NCBI GenBank assembly: GCA_017511265.1
Contig: JAFWKV010000029.1
Coordinates: forward strand, 547-64,546
Length of the DNA: 64,000 nucleotides
Direction: 5' to 3'
From: Clostridia bacterium
GTDB lineage: Bacteria > Bacillota > Clostridia > TANB77 > CAG-508
A model generated the notes under the pieces. It was not told the origin of the DNA, searched no databases, and saw only the letters and a list, made by a program, of their open reading frames with translations. Positions 29,682 through 39,786 of the stretch are shown piece by piece. The translations under genes were made by a program, and so were the position numbers. The first letter of the stretch is position 1. The number at the start of each line of letters is the position of its first letter.

Positions 29682-30653
29682 TTACATTATTTCAATTTCT
29701 AATTCGATTAATTTTCCCGTTATCTTGTAGACTTGCGCCTTGACATAGTCTATTAGGTCAAGTACGTCTTTTGCGGTAGCACCACCTGTATTTACTATGA
29801 AGCCTGCGTGTTTTGTTGATACTTGTGCTCCACCTATTTGGTAGCCTTTTAACCCGCATTTGTCTATTAATTCTGCTGTGATAAAGTCACTTCCTCTTTT
29901 GAAAGTACTTCCTGCATTTGGATATTCTAATGGCTGGTGTTCTTTTCGCCAACTTGCGTATTCTTCCATTTTTGCTTTTATTTCTTCTTGGTTTCCTTGT
30001 GCTAGTTTTAATTTTGTTTCTAGAATGATGTATTTTTCTTTTGCAAATATACTGCCCCTGTATGTAAATTGCTGTTCTTGGTTTGCTAGTGTGTGTATGT
30101 TGCCTAACATATCTATGTATGTTGTCTCGACAACGACGTCTTTTATTTCTTTGCCGTGTGCTCCTGCATTCATTCGTATTGCTCCACCTATGGTTCCAGG
30201 TATTCCTGATAGTTCTTCAAATCCTGTTATGCTGTTTTGCATTAGCATATAAGCTAAAGTTCCCATAAGTACGCCACTATGTGCTGTTACTTCAATATAG
30301 CTTTTTCCTTTTTTATTATTTGCTTGATTGTTTATTTGGCTGTCTTCTTGATGTTCATTGCTTGCATTTTCTTTTATATCTATATCTGTTAGCTGTGGCT
30401 TTAGTACTATTCCTTGTATGCCTTCGTCTCTTACAAGTACATTGCTTCCATTTCCTATTATGTGTAATGGAATGTTGTTTTTGTTTGCAATGTCAATGGC
30501 TTGCTTTATTGTTTCTATACTTGTTGCTTTTATAAAAACTTCTGCATCTCCTCCTATTTTGAATGAAGTATGCTTTGACATTGATTCGTTATATAAGATA
30601 TTTTTCTCAAGTTCTTGTATGTTACTTTCTTTTATTATTTGCTTTACTTTCAA
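29682..30653 (-). CDS. murB: UDP-N-acetylenolpyruvoylglucosamine reductase
   Basis: 323 aa with FAD-binding GGDAEVF/GNGSNVL motifs and the C-terminal motif GSTFKRG...GGAQVS.KHAGFIVN. It contains a ~30-aa Asn/Gln-rich insertion. Confidence 0.92.
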   Translation of the reverse strand: MKVKQIIKESNIQELEKNILYNESMSKHTSFKIGGDAEVFIKATSIETIKQAIDIANKNNIPLHIIGNGSNVLVRDEGIQGIVLKPQLTDIDIKENASNEHQEDSQINNQANNKKGKSYIEVTAHSGVLMGTLAYMLMQNSITGFEELSGIPGTIGGAIRMNAGAHGKEIKDVVVETTYIDMLGNIHTLANQEQQFTYRGSIFAKEKYIILETKLKLAQGNQEEIKAKMEEYASWRKEHQPLEYPNAGSTFKRGSDFITAELIDKCGLKGYQIGGAQVSTKHAGFIVNTGGATAKDVLDLIDYVKAQVYKITGKLIELEIEIM

Positions 30654-30783
30654 GTTTGCACCTCGCTTATTTTGTCTTTTTCTTTATATAAATTTCTTTG
30701 TTCCTTTATTTTTATAAACCATATTACTTTCGGGATGTACTCCTGTATCTATAATTTAATGTAATTTTATTTAATTAATATAG

Positions 30784-31236
30784 TTATTTGTTTATAATAA
30801 CACCTGTATCTTTATATAAAGCTTCTCCCTTATTAGTGAATTTTTCTTTAGAATTAATGACTATTCCATTATCATAATTTACTATGTATTCATATTCACT
30901 TTCTTCTAGTCCTAAATTTTTTAATTCTTCTCGTCTTAATTCATAATATGTTAATTGTTCTGGTAGGGTAACTTTCATTTCATCTGCAATATTTTTTACT
31001 TCTGAATATTCTTTTATTGTTCCCACCAATGCTTGTTGTTCATTGGTTAATTTGTATTTTGTATATCTTTCCATTATAGCATGCTGTACCATGTCTAATT
31101 CTGTCCATAATCGGTTATCTTTACTTGCTCGTATTGAGTCTCTTCCTGCTTTTACTCCTATTGCACCTATAATAATTAATACTATTATTGTTATAATTAG
31201 TGCTATTAGTGTTATTCCTTTGTTCTCTTTTAACAT
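30784..31236 (-). CDS. Prepilin-type N-terminal cleavage/methylation-domain protein (orphan pseudopilin-like)
   Basis: 150 aa. The N-terminus MLKENKGITLIALIITIIVLIII resembles the class III signal peptide but lacks the usual Glu5. Confidence 0.55.
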   Translation of the reverse strand: MLKENKGITLIALIITIIVLIIIGAIGVKAGRDSIRASKDNRLWTELDMVQHAIMERYTKYKLTNEQQALVGTIKEYSEVKNIADEMKVTLPEQLTYYELRREELKNLGLEESEYEYIVNYDNGIVINSKEKFTNKGEALYKDTGVIINK

Positions 31237-31441
31237 AGTTTTTCTCCTTTGATTTTTTTACTTTTTTATCTTATCATTTATTTTATTTTTTTACAACATA
31301 AATTGCAAATAAATTTGAAGATTTTGTTTTTTTTTGTACTTGTTTTTGATATATGCTTCCTTTCTTTTATTTAATTATTTCGATTCAATTAATCTGATAC
31401 AATTTTTTGCAAGAATTTTTACAATTTTTAGCATATTAAAA

Positions 31442-31480
31442 AATAGCAATAAGCTGTCAATCAGACTTCTCATTGCTATT
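31442..31480 (-). terminator. Putative terminator after the 205-aa orphan gene
   Basis: On the minus strand, AATAGCAAT...21-nt loop...ATTGCTATT is followed by TTTTAAT. Confidence 0.4.
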
Positions 31481-31519
31481 GGGTTTAAAGCTCAATAATT
31501 TGAGCTAAGCAAGTGCACC

Positions 31520-32137
31520 TTACTTTTCTTCTTTTATCCCTAAGAAATTCTTAAGTATGAAGAAGAAAGTATACAAGTCATAATCAGAAATAATCTCAAA
31601 TGTAAATTGAGAATGATCTTGATTATAGCATCCGTAGATTTTATCCTTTGGAAATCCCTCACAATACCAAATTCGTTCTGCAGGATTAAAAACTGCCATA
31701 AAATCACAGTCTAAAGGTATGTCTGATTTTATAGAAACGTTCCAGTCATAGAAATTATTCCTAAGTATTATTTCTATACCATATTCCTCAAGAGCAATTT
31801 GGTATACAGGTAGTGTTATTGAGTGTGAATAATGTGTAGAGATTACTTGTGGTTCAAATATAATCCATTCTTCATTATTTGGTCTAAGAAGTCTATTAAT
31901 GTTATTACACACAAAGCATACTTTTTTGCCTAGTTCTTCTCTTGAACTTTGATAAAATGGTTCATTTACCCGAATCCATGCAGTAATATCTATAGGTAAA
32001 TGAGCATTATAATACTCTCTGAGATATTTGATTATTAGTGGGTCTGTATATTGGCTTACCTCATAGTCTTCTGGATTGAAATCTTCTATGTACCTTTCCA
32101 TATCTGCTAAAATAGCATAGTGCACTCGACCTTTCAA
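31520..32137 (-). CDS. Hypothetical cytosolic protein (orphan, no recognisable motif)
   Basis: 205 aa. TTG start 5 nt after AAGGAGG. It is flanked by ~280 and ~250 bp of non-coding DNA and contains one of the only two intact in-frame CGG codons I found (31970-31972). Confidence 0.6.
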   Translation of the reverse strand: MKGRVHYAILADMERYIEDFNPEDYEVSQYTDPLIIKYLREYYNAHLPIDITAWIRVNEPFYQSSREELGKKVCFVCNNINRLLRPNNEEWIIFEPQVISTHYSHSITLPVYQIALEEYGIEIILRNNFYDWNVSIKSDIPLDCDFMAVFNPAERIWYCEGFPKDKIYGCYNQDHSQFTFEIISDYDLYTFFFILKNFLGIKEEK

Positions 32138-32347
32138 AATGTCCTCCTTTTATTGTCGAAGGTTCTCTTACTCGTTGCAATTGCAACATATAAGTATTTT
32201 AGCACATTTATCTTTGTTTTTCAAGCAGTGTATAATTGATTTGACGATTTTGTATTTTTTTAGTTGTATTTTGTTATATGTTTGCAAAAAGTCAACGTTT
32301 GTCCTGTTTTTTTGCACTAAAGTCTTTTATTTTTAGGAAATTTATGG

Positions 32348-32353
32348 TATAAT
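32348..32353 (+). promoter_or_regulatory. Extended -10 element (TGgTATAAT) for the SPFH gene
   Basis: TATAAT at 32348-32353 is preceded by TGG, about 32 nt upstream of the ATG at 32386. The -35 region is weak. Confidence 0.4.
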
Positions 32354-32385
32354 GAAGATGTAGTTAATTTTAGGAGGAAGTTAAA

Positions 32386-33294
32386 ATGGTATTTTTATTA
32401 ATTTTACTTGCTATATTTTTTATTATAGCAATACTATCAATAAAGATTGTTAGACAATCTGAAGTATATGTAATTGAAAGACTTGGTAAATTTCATAAAG
32501 TGGCAGATGCAGGTCTTACAATTATAATTCCATTTATAGACCATGTTAGGTCAGTAGTTAGTTTAAAACAGCAAACAATGGATATTCCACCACAAGGTGT
32601 TATTACAAAAGATAATGTTACAATAACAATTGATACAGTTGTATTCTATCAAGTAATAGACCCAGCAAAAGCTGTATATGAAATTCAAAGTTTAAAAAAA
32701 GGTATTGAATACATTTCTACAACTGCTATTCGTGATATTATTGGTAAAATGGACTTAGATGAAACATTTACATCAAGAGAAGAAATTAATAGTAAATTAA
32801 GAATTGTTCTAGATGAAGCAACAGACAAATGGGGTTGTAATATTGATAGAGTTGAAGTTCAAGATATTAATCCACCTGCAGAAATTAGAGATGCTATGGA
32901 AAAGCAAATGAATGCAGAAAGAAATAAAAGAGCTTTAATTCTTGAGGCTGAAGCTGAAAAACAATCTGCTATTACAATTGCTGAAGGTAAAAAACAAGCA
33001 GCTATATTAGAGGCTGAAGCTGATAAAGAGGCTAAAATTAGAAGAGCTGCCGGTGAAGCTGAAGCTATAAAAGAAGTTGCCGAAGCTAAAGCTAAAGAAG
33101 TTCAAATGGTTTATGAAGCTATTAAAAAAGCTGATCCTGATGAAAAATTGGTTCAAATTAAATCACTTGAGGCTTTAGAAGAAGTTGCTAAGGGTGAAGC
33201 TAATAAGGTGTTTATTCCTTTTGATGCTACTACTGCTCTTGGTAGCCTTGGTGCTCTAGCTGATGTAGTTAAGGATGGAAAAGAGAAAAAGTAA
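32386..33294 (+). CDS. SPFH/band-7 (stomatin/prohibitin-like) membrane protein
   Basis: 302 aa. N-terminal TM segment, then a band-7 core (IVRQSEVYVIERLGKF...DNVTITIDTVVFYQVIDP...) and an Ala/Glu-rich coiled coil. Confidence 0.9.
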   Translation: MVFLLILLAIFFIIAILSIKIVRQSEVYVIERLGKFHKVADAGLTIIIPFIDHVRSVVSLKQQTMDIPPQGVITKDNVTITIDTVVFYQVIDPAKAVYEIQSLKKGIEYISTTAIRDIIGKMDLDETFTSREEINSKLRIVLDEATDKWGCNIDRVEVQDINPPAEIRDAMEKQMNAERNKRALILEAEAEKQSAITIAEGKKQAAILEAEADKEAKIRRAAGEAEAIKEVAEAKAKEVQMVYEAIKKADPDEKLVQIKSLEALEEVAKGEANKVFIPFDATTALGSLGALADVVKDGKEKK

Positions 33295-33295
33295 T

Positions 33296-33500
33296 GATGT
33301 CTTTTGGGACGGGGTAAAAAAACAGCACCCTGTCTCTTATTATATTTATTAAAAAATGAAGACTGCGTAGGCGGAGCGAAGCGAAGTGGATGGAGCTTCC
33401 CCCACCTTTTTTTAAAGGGTGGGAAGCGACAACAAGGTCGTAATGTTTAATAAATATAATAAGAGACAGGGTGCTGTTTTTTTACCCCGTCCCAAAAGAC
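33296..33500. repeat. 205-bp foldback element (MITE-like) with 58-nt perfect inverted arms starting with the GGGACGG module; homolog of 19791-20059
   Basis: TGATGTCTTTTGGGACGGGGTAAAAAAACAGCACCCTGTCTCTTATTATATTTATTAAA and its exact reverse complement flank the core ...GACTGCGTAGGCGGAGCGAAGCGAAGTGGATGGAGC[hairpin]GCGACAACAAGGTCGTAATG. It fills the gap between the convergent SPFH and ileS genes. Confidence 0.93.
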
Positions 33501-33501
33501 A

Positions 33502-36500
33502 TCATTTTACCACTTCTACATCAATTTTCAAAATTTCTCCATTAATTTTACATTCATTATAATTTACTCTAGTTTCATTAAAGAAAATATTTTCAGCTAA
33601 AGTATCTTTTTTTATTGTATCTTCGAATTTCTTTATAACACCTTCAAGCATTTCATTTTCAGCAACATAAAGATTAATTCTATCTAATACTTCAAAGTCA
33701 CAGTCTTTTCTCATATTTTGTACTTTTGATAAAATTTCTCTTAAATAGCCTTCTTCTTTTAATTCTGGTGTAATTGTCGTATCAAGTACAACACCTACTT
33801 CACCTTCACCACTAAATGCAAAACCTTCTTTTCCTTGCATTGTTACAAGTAAGTTATTTTGGTCAAGTGCAATTTGAGTTCCGTCTATGTCGATATATTC
33901 TACTCCACCATTTTTTACTGTATTTGCTAAATCCATTTGATTTTTCTTTGCTATTTCTTGTCTTATTTGTGGAATTAACTTACCATATTCTCTACCTAGT
34001 ACTGGTAAATTTGGCTTAATTTCAAAGTCTACGTATTCTGACATTTCTGCTCCAAGTACAACTTCTTTAACATTTAGTTCTTCTTTAACAATATGGCTAT
34101 AGTATTCTGGTAAAGTGTCAACTGAAATTAACATTTTTGAAAGTGGTTGTCTATTTTTGATATTAGCTGCATTTCTGGCCCCTCTACCTAGTTTTACTAT
34201 CTTGTATGCTAAGCTCATCTCTTCTTCTAATTTATGGTCTATAACACTTTCATCTACTTCTGGCCATAAACATAGATGTACACTCTCAGGTGCAGTTTTA
34301 TCTATTCCAACTACTAAATTTTGATAAATTTCGTCTGTAATGAATGGTACAAATGGTGCTGAAATCTTTATAAGTGTTGTTAAAACTTTATATAGTGTCA
34401 CATAAGCCCCTATTTTATCATCAGTTAAAGTCTCACTCCAATACCTTTCTCTGTTTCTACGTACATACCAGTTTGATAATTCATCTGTGAAATTTTCTAT
34501 TAATAATGCTGCAGAAGTAATATCATAAGCTTCTAGCTTGCTATCGACTTCTTTGACCAATGTATTTAGTTTCGAAATTATCCATTTATCCATTATGTTT
34601 TCGCTTTTGAAGTTGCTGTATTTTAATGGATTAAATTGATCTATTTCTGCATATAAAACATAGAATGAATATACATTCCATAATGTTGATAGAAAGCCTC
34701 TTTGTGTTTCTTGTACATTTTCTAAAGAAAGTCTTGTAGGTAGCCATGGTGCACTACAAGTATAAAAATGCCATCTTGTAGCATCTGCTCCAACTGTATC
34801 TAATAGTGTAAACGGATCTACTCCATTTTTCTTTGATTTAGACATTTTTTGCCCTTTTCCGTCTAATACATGTCCTAAAACTATACAGTTTTCAAATGGT
34901 GAACGTCCAAATAATGCTGTTCCAATTGCAGTTAATGTATAGAACCATCCTCTTGTTTGGTCAACCGCTTCTGATATAAATTGTGCTGGAAAATGATTGT
35001 CAAACACATCCTTATTTTCAAATGGATAATGCCACTGTGCATATGGCATTGAACCAGAGTCGAACCAACAATCTATAACTTCCTTAAACCTTGTCATTTC
35101 TTTTCCACAATCTGGGCATTTTAAATGAACATCATCTATATATGGCTTATGCAATTCTATATCATCTGGGCAATCTACTGCTTTTTCTTTTAATTCTGCA
35201 ATGCTTCCTATACATTCTTGATGTCCACATTCACATTGCCAAACTGGTAATGGTGTTCCCCAATATCTGTCTCTTGAAATTCCCCAGTCAATAACATTCT
35301 CTAAAAATTTACCAAATCTTCCAGTTCTAATTGTGTCTGGATACCAATTTACTTTGTTATTATTGCTTACTAATTCATCTCTTAATTTACTCATTGCAAC
35401 AAACCAGCTTGCTTTTGGATAGTATAATAGTGGTGTGTCACATCTCCAACAATGTGGATATGAGTGTAAATGCTTTGCTGAACTAAACAATTTGTTTTCT
35501 TGTTTTAGCCAGTTTACTATGTCTTGGTCACAGTCTTTTACAAAGCGACCTGCCCATGGTGTAACTTCTTCTACAAATTTTCCTGATTTATCAACTAAGT
35601 TTATAAATGCTATTCCATTTTGTTTTGAAACTAAGCTGTCATCTTCACCATAAGCTGGTGCAATATGAACAATTCCAGTACCATCTTCTAAATTTACGTA
35701 ATCCCCATGAATTACTTCAAATGCTTTTCCTTCTACTTTAGCAAATGGCATTAGCTGCTCATATTTAGTTCCCAGTAATTCTGTTCCAGGAAATTCTTTT
35801 TCAATTTCATATGGTGTTTCCTTTAATACTACTTTTAATAAATCTTTTGCTAATATATAGTTTTCATATTCTGGTTCCTCTTCTGTTCCAACATTTGCTT
35901 TAACTTCTACATAAGTATAAGCTTTGTTTACACATAATGCTAGGTTTGATGGTAATGTCCATGGTGTTGTAGTCCATGCTAAAATGTATTTGTTTTCCCC
36001 TACTACTTTAAATTTTGCAATACATGTTAGGTCTTTTACATCTTTATATCCTTGTGCTACCTCATGTGAAGAAAGTGCTGTTCCACATCTTGGACAATAT
36101 GGCATTACTTTATGTCCTTCATATAATAATCCCTTTTCCCACATTTGTTTTAAAGCCCACCATACTGACTCAATATAATTATTATGATATGTTACATAAG
36201 GATTATCCATATCTACCCAAAATCCTACTTTGTTTGTCATTTTCTCCCAGGTTGAAACATATGTAAACACACTTTCCTTACATTCCTTTACAAATTTCTC
36301 TACTCCATATTCTTCAATTTGTTCTTTACCTGAAATTCCTAATTTTTTTTCAATTTCAAGTTCAACTGGCAATCCATGTGTGTCCCAACCGGCTTTTCTG
36401 TCTACATGATATCCCTTCATTACTTTATATCTTGGGATTATGTCTTTCATTACTCTTGTTTCTATATGACCAACGTGTGGCATTCCATTTGCTGTTGGTG

Positions 36501-36639
36501 GTCCATCATAAAATGTAAAATATCTTTCTCCTTTATTCATATCAAAGTTTTTCTTTATTACGTCTTTTTCTTTCCAAACTTTTGCAACTTCTCTTTCCAT
36601 CCCCACAAATCCGTTGGGTAATTCAACTTTTTTATACAT
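33502..36639 (-). CDS. ileS: Isoleucine--tRNA ligase (type 2 / long form)
   Basis: The class I HIGH variant ([12 protein letters not shown]) and KMSKS are both present, as are the editing domain and C-terminal zinc-binding cysteines. The start is taken at MYKKVELP (ATG 36639, after GGAGGAG); the ORF-track extension to 36732 is repeat sequence. Confidence 0.95.
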   Translation of the reverse strand: MYKKVELPNGFVGMEREVAKVWKEKDVIKKNFDMNKGERYFTFYDGPPTANGMPHVGHIETRVMKDIIPRYKVMKGYHVDRKAGWDTHGLPVELEIEKKLGISGKEQIEEYGVEKFVKECKESVFTYVSTWEKMTNKVGFWVDMDNPYVTYHNNYIESVWWALKQMWEKGLLYEGHKVMPYCPRCGTALSSHEVAQGYKDVKDLTCIAKFKVVGENKYILAWTTTPWTLPSNLALCVNKAYTYVEVKANVGTEEEPEYENYILAKDLLKVVLKETPYEIEKEFPGTELLGTKYEQLMPFAKVEGKAFEVIHGDYVNLEDGTGIVHIAPAYGEDDSLVSKQNGIAFINLVDKSGKFVEEVTPWAGRFVKDCDQDIVNWLKQENKLFSSAKHLHSYPHCWRCDTPLLYYPKASWFVAMSKLRDELVSNNNKVNWYPDTIRTGRFGKFLENVIDWGISRDRYWGTPLPVWQCECGHQECIGSIAELKEKAVDCPDDIELHKPYIDDVHLKCPDCGKEMTRFKEVIDCWFDSGSMPYAQWHYPFENKDVFDNHFPAQFISEAVDQTRGWFYTLTAIGTALFGRSPFENCIVLGHVLDGKGQKMSKSKKNGVDPFTLLDTVGADATRWHFYTCSAPWLPTRLSLENVQETQRGFLSTLWNVYSFYVLYAEIDQFNPLKYSNFKSENIMDKWIISKLNTLVKEVDSKLEAYDITSAALLIENFTDELSNWYVRRNRERYWSETLTDDKIGAYVTLYKVLTTLIKISAPFVPFITDEIYQNLVVGIDKTAPESVHLCLWPEVDESVIDHKLEEEMSLAYKIVKLGRGARNAANIKNRQPLSKMLISVDTLPEYYSHIVKEELNVKEVVLGAEMSEYVDFEIKPNLPVLGREYGKLIPQIRQEIAKKNQMDLANTVKNGGVEYIDIDGTQIALDQNNLLVTMQGKEGFAFSGEGEVGVVLDTTITPELKEEGYLREILSKVQNMRKDCDFEVLDRINLYVAENEMLEGVIKKFEDTIKKDTLAENIFFNETRVNYNECKINGEILKIDVEVVK

Positions 36640-36651
36640 TTTTCTCCTCCT

Positions 36652-36732
36652 GTGATGTTTTTTGGGACGGGGCAAAAAAACATCAAATTTTTTATTAGTG
36701 ATGTTTTTTTGCCCCGTCCCAAAAAACATCAC
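36652..36732. repeat. 81-bp twin A-type GGGACGG hairpin (inverted pair) between the 774-aa gene and ileS
   Basis: GTGATGTTTTTTGGGACGGGGCAAAAAAACATCA-AATTTTTTATTA-GTGATGTTTTTTTGCCCCGTCCCAAAAAACATCAC. The TGA stop of the upstream gene lies in its last stem. Confidence 0.92.
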
Positions 36733-39053
36733 TCAATACTAAACTCAGCTACATTTACAGTTTTAATAACAGGCGTATTATCATCTTCCAGAACAATAAC
36801 TCTAAATGACTTCTTGTTGTCTCTTTTTAATTTAACTTGAGAAATGTCAAATAACATATTTGTACTAACATCCATTCCAAGAGGTAATGTTTTATTTTTA
36901 TTGTCATAAAATACGCTATTTGTGTAAGCAATTGCATTAGTATTTCTTTCAAGATTTATTTTATATAAATTGATTCTGTTTTCTTCGCCTTTTATTGCTT
37001 TTTTTATTTCTTGTTCTGGGTTTAAATTAAATACGTTTATATTATTTTTACTTATTTTTCCGCCATTTACTGCTATATATATTGGTACATTTTCAGTTAT
37101 TTTTATTTTTGGTAGTGCTGATTGTAAACCGTCTAATACTCTTTCTAATGCTAATTTGTAACCTAATTGTTTTGTATTTTTTGTTAAGTCTAAGATTTTG
37201 TATTTATCTTTTGGTTGTTCTCTGTGCATTTTTTCTGCTATTTTTTTAATTTTTGTATTATCATCTGCTTTTCCTGCAAAGATGTCAAAGTCTTCTTTTT
37301 CTTCGAGTTCATTTTCTTCTTTTGCTTCTTTTTTTATATTTTTTAATGCTGTTTCAATTTCTTTTGGAAGTACTGTGTTTCTTTTAACTTTGTTTAATAT
37401 TTCTAATACATTGGTTGTTGTAATAAATATACTGTCTAGTTCTTCTGATGTAAGTTCTTTTCTTTGTTGCATATCCATTGCTTTTCCGAAGTCTTTTAAG
37501 TCTTCTTTATAGTTAAATATTTTACTTATTTTCTTTTTCACATTGATTTCTTCAATTTCACCTTCTGGTAAATTGGCTATTTCGTCTTTATTACTGTATT
37601 TCCAAAATTCAAATATGCTTTTCTTGTGGCTATCTATTTCTGCAATATATGCTGATGCATTTTCTATTTTTTTCTTCATATTTTTTATTTTTAGTTTTAT
37701 TGCATTTATGTCCATTAATAGATTACGCATATTTGTTTCTTTTTTGTAATATTCCCCTGCTGTGTCAATCAATTCTTCAATTGTATAGTGGTCTTTTGGC
37801 TTTAATTTTTTTCTTCTATGTGCTTTATTTTGCTCTTTATTGTCTTTAAATTCATTTTCTTCTATTTTAGATGATTTTTCTTTTACTCCCTTTTTCTTTG
37901 ATTTTTTGTTATATTTAAAGAAGTATTTCATTTTACCAAAGAATGATTTTTTGCACTCCAAAAATGTTGATATTTGCTTTTCTTTAGCTAGATACTCAAT
38001 TTCTAGAAGTGATGCTTCTTCCTTTAATACTTTTAGCTTTTTTTCTAATTCTTCTATATCTTGATCTGCTTGAATATGTAAGTCTTCTGTGTCAATATAT
38101 TCATTTTTTATAAATTCTGCTAAATTTTCATATTCTATTTTTTCATCATCAAAATAAAATTCAAGGCTTCCCTTTTTATCTATATTGGTTGTAAATGTAT
38201 AATAGTGTGGTATTTCTGTTTGTAACATAAAAAGTGCTTTTATTAATCTATAAAATTCATTTGCCTCTTGTTTATTTTTTAATTGTACTTTATATGTGGT
38301 CTTGATGTTTTCGTATACCTCAGTTTCTCCAACAATTTGTATACTTAATTCATCCTTTTTATTATACACCTCATATACTAATGGCCAGTCTTTAGTAAAT
38401 AACCATAAATAGTTTTCAATATCTTCAAATTGAGATTTTTTTAAATATGTGTTTGAGTAATCTATATGACTTATTGGTACAAATATTCTACTCATTTTTT
38501 TATTTTCTATTTTTTTCTTTAACAAATAAAAAAATGTTGAATAGTCTGAGTCTTCTGTCGGAACTAACATAAAATATTTGTCTGTTGCTTCTGAATAATA
38601 TATTTGCCATAAGTAATTACCTGTATATTTAACTTTAAATGGCATATTTGTATTTAATTCTTTTTGCTCCTGTTCAATTTTTTCTATGTCTTCTATTTTT
38701 ATTTTTTTTAGCATATTTAAAAATGTTGTATGTCTTACAATATTTTCTTCTTTTTCTGAGTCTAAATATGAATAAATAGGTCTTGCTTTTGAGTATTTAT
38801 CTTTTAAGGCATCTAATCTATTTGTTGGTGATAAAATTATTTCTATATCTTTAACATATATAAATCTATATTGTTTGTGTTTGTTTTCTTCATTTGTGCC
38901 TATTGGTTTGAATTTTAAAGCTGCAAATTTTTTTAGGTTTTCTGGTATTTTATTTAAGTCTAATCCTATATATTTTAGCTTTTCTTCTATTTCATCATTT
39001 GTCGTTTCTTTTACTGCTTTTTTTCTAGGCAAAGTTTCTTCCCCCTTACACAT
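36729..39053 (-). CDS. Large uncharacterised Lys/Glu-rich coiled-coil protein
   Basis: 774 aa with no catalytic motif recognised and a central coiled-coil/basic region. The start is uncertain: ATG 39053 lacks an SD, whereas TTG 39032 follows AAGGGGGAA. Confidence 0.55.
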   Translation of the reverse strand: MCKGEETLPRKKAVKETTNDEIEEKLKYIGLDLNKIPENLKKFAALKFKPIGTNEENKHKQYRFIYVKDIEIILSPTNRLDALKDKYSKARPIYSYLDSEKEENIVRHTTFLNMLKKIKIEDIEKIEQEQKELNTNMPFKVKYTGNYLWQIYYSEATDKYFMLVPTEDSDYSTFFYLLKKKIENKKMSRIFVPISHIDYSNTYLKKSQFEDIENYLWLFTKDWPLVYEVYNKKDELSIQIVGETEVYENIKTTYKVQLKNKQEANEFYRLIKALFMLQTEIPHYYTFTTNIDKKGSLEFYFDDEKIEYENLAEFIKNEYIDTEDLHIQADQDIEELEKKLKVLKEEASLLEIEYLAKEKQISTFLECKKSFFGKMKYFFKYNKKSKKKGVKEKSSKIEENEFKDNKEQNKAHRRKKLKPKDHYTIEELIDTAGEYYKKETNMRNLLMDINAIKLKIKNMKKKIENASAYIAEIDSHKKSIFEFWKYSNKDEIANLPEGEIEEINVKKKISKIFNYKEDLKDFGKAMDMQQRKELTSEELDSIFITTTNVLEILNKVKRNTVLPKEIETALKNIKKEAKEENELEEKEDFDIFAGKADDNTKIKKIAEKMHREQPKDKYKILDLTKNTKQLGYKLALERVLDGLQSALPKIKITENVPIYIAVNGGKISKNNINVFNLNPEQEIKKAIKGEENRINLYKINLERNTNAIAYTNSVFYDNKNKTLPLGMDVSTNMLFDISQVKLKRDNKKSFRVIVLEDDNTPVIKTVNVAEFSIE

Positions 39054-39120
39054 ATACTATTATTGACATTTTAACATACATATATTATCATACTTTTTTT
39101 TAATTGTCTATGTTTAGTAT

Positions 39121-39170
39121 TAAAAAAGAATAAAAATATACCCCTCACTTTCTTTCTAGAAAGTGAGGGG
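39121..39170 (-). terminator. Rho-independent terminator of the small GC-rich ORF
   Basis: On the minus strand, CCCCTCACTTTCTAGAAAGAAAGTGAGGGG (11-bp GC-rich stem) is followed by TATATTTTTATTCTTTTTT. Confidence 0.8.
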
Positions 39171-39216
39171 CTGTTGGCTTACAAGGTAGTTACTGATATA
39201 GAGTCTATTACCTACC

Positions 39217-39459
39217 TTACCAAGCTTGCTTATGGGCATAGCGGATTGTCATAAATCCTGCCTCCATATACTGGACCCAAACCAAAATGGTGAGGTCACC
39301 ATACTGAGTAGCCAAGATGGTGTAGCTTCCACCACCATTCCTGGTGCCAGGAATAGGCTGCATATTCGCTGCATCTTCCATTGTGAGGACATGTTTCCCA
39401 TCGAATAGATGGGAATTAACGTAATTCTGCACCTGCAACGCTTCTTTTGGAGCCAACAT
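39217..39459 (-). CDS. Small hypothetical protein (80 aa) with foreign composition
   Basis: MLAPKEALQVQNYVNSHLFDGKHVLTMEDAANMQPIPGTRNGGGSYTILATQYGDLTILVWVQYMEAGFMTIRYAHKQAW. The ATG lies 5 nt after AAAGGAGG. Hand count gives 113/243 G+C (~47%) against ~27% in neighbouring genes. It has its own promoter and terminator. Confidence 0.65.
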   Translation of the reverse strand: MLAPKEALQVQNYVNSHLFDGKHVLTMEDAANMQPIPGTRNGGGSYTILATQYGDLTILVWVQYMEAGFMTIRYAHKQAW

Positions 39460-39537
39460 AGCGTCCTCCTTTGACACTTGTCTCCTATGATGTTATACCC
39501 TTGATGTTAAAAGGAGTAAAACATCGCTTACACTTAT

Positions 39538-39566
39538 ATTATAGCACATTTTTTTAAAATAATCAA
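39538..39566 (-). promoter_or_regulatory. Near-consensus sigma-A promoter (TTGATT-17 nt-TATAAT with TGc extended -10)
   Basis: Minus strand reads TTGATTATTTTAAAAAAATGTGCTATAAT. It lies ~75 nt upstream of the 80-aa ORF. Confidence 0.65.
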
Positions 39567-39591
39567 ATTATGTAAATTTCTAAAATAAGGC

Positions 39592-39773
39592 ATAAATTTT
39601 ATAGATTAGTCTAATTGTTTAGTTATAAATAAAGAAAATCTGCGTAAGCGACCAAACGAGCTTTAGCGAGTGCTACCCTCGCAAGCTACAGACTAGTCAT
39701 TTTAGTTCGTAGCTTGCAACACACAAAGATTTTCGTATTTATAACCAAACAATCAGACTATATAAAAATTTAT
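39592..39773. repeat. ~180-bp imperfect foldback palindrome with AT-rich ~50-nt arms and an ~85-nt GC-rich core
   Basis: The arm ATAAATTTTATAGATTAGTCTAATTGTTTAGTTATAAATAAAGAAAATCT pairs with CAAAGATTTTCGTATTTATAACCAAACAATCAGACTATATAAAAATTTAT. The core has CTGCGTAAGCG and the 9-bp hairpin GCAAGCTAC/GTAGCTTGC. It lies just after the ATPase stop. Confidence 0.8.
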
Positions 39774-39786
39774 ACTTACTTATTTT

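Noticed and set aside
36640-36732. The ORF track gives N-terminal extensions to ileS ([10 protein letters not shown]...), the P-type ATPase (MSIGTVLNDNFESVPIDNYKRKEKKC, 42499-42576), the yvcK-like gene (29568-29651) and M23 paralog 2 (4624-4647).
   Set aside because: The extensions are translations of repeat elements. In each case a downstream ATG with a well-spaced SD sequence gives an N-terminus matching the protein family.
39121-39560. The GC-rich block could be a structured RNA gene (RNase P RNA, tmRNA, SRP RNA or 6S RNA).
   Set aside because: I could not find the conserved RNase P GAGGAAAGUCC box, a tmRNA tag reading frame with a tRNA-like end, or the SRP domain IV motif. Instead the block holds an uninterrupted 80-codon ORF with an SD sequence 5 nt upstream and a terminator just after the stop. 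An RNA role cannot be fully excluded without a covariance-model scan.
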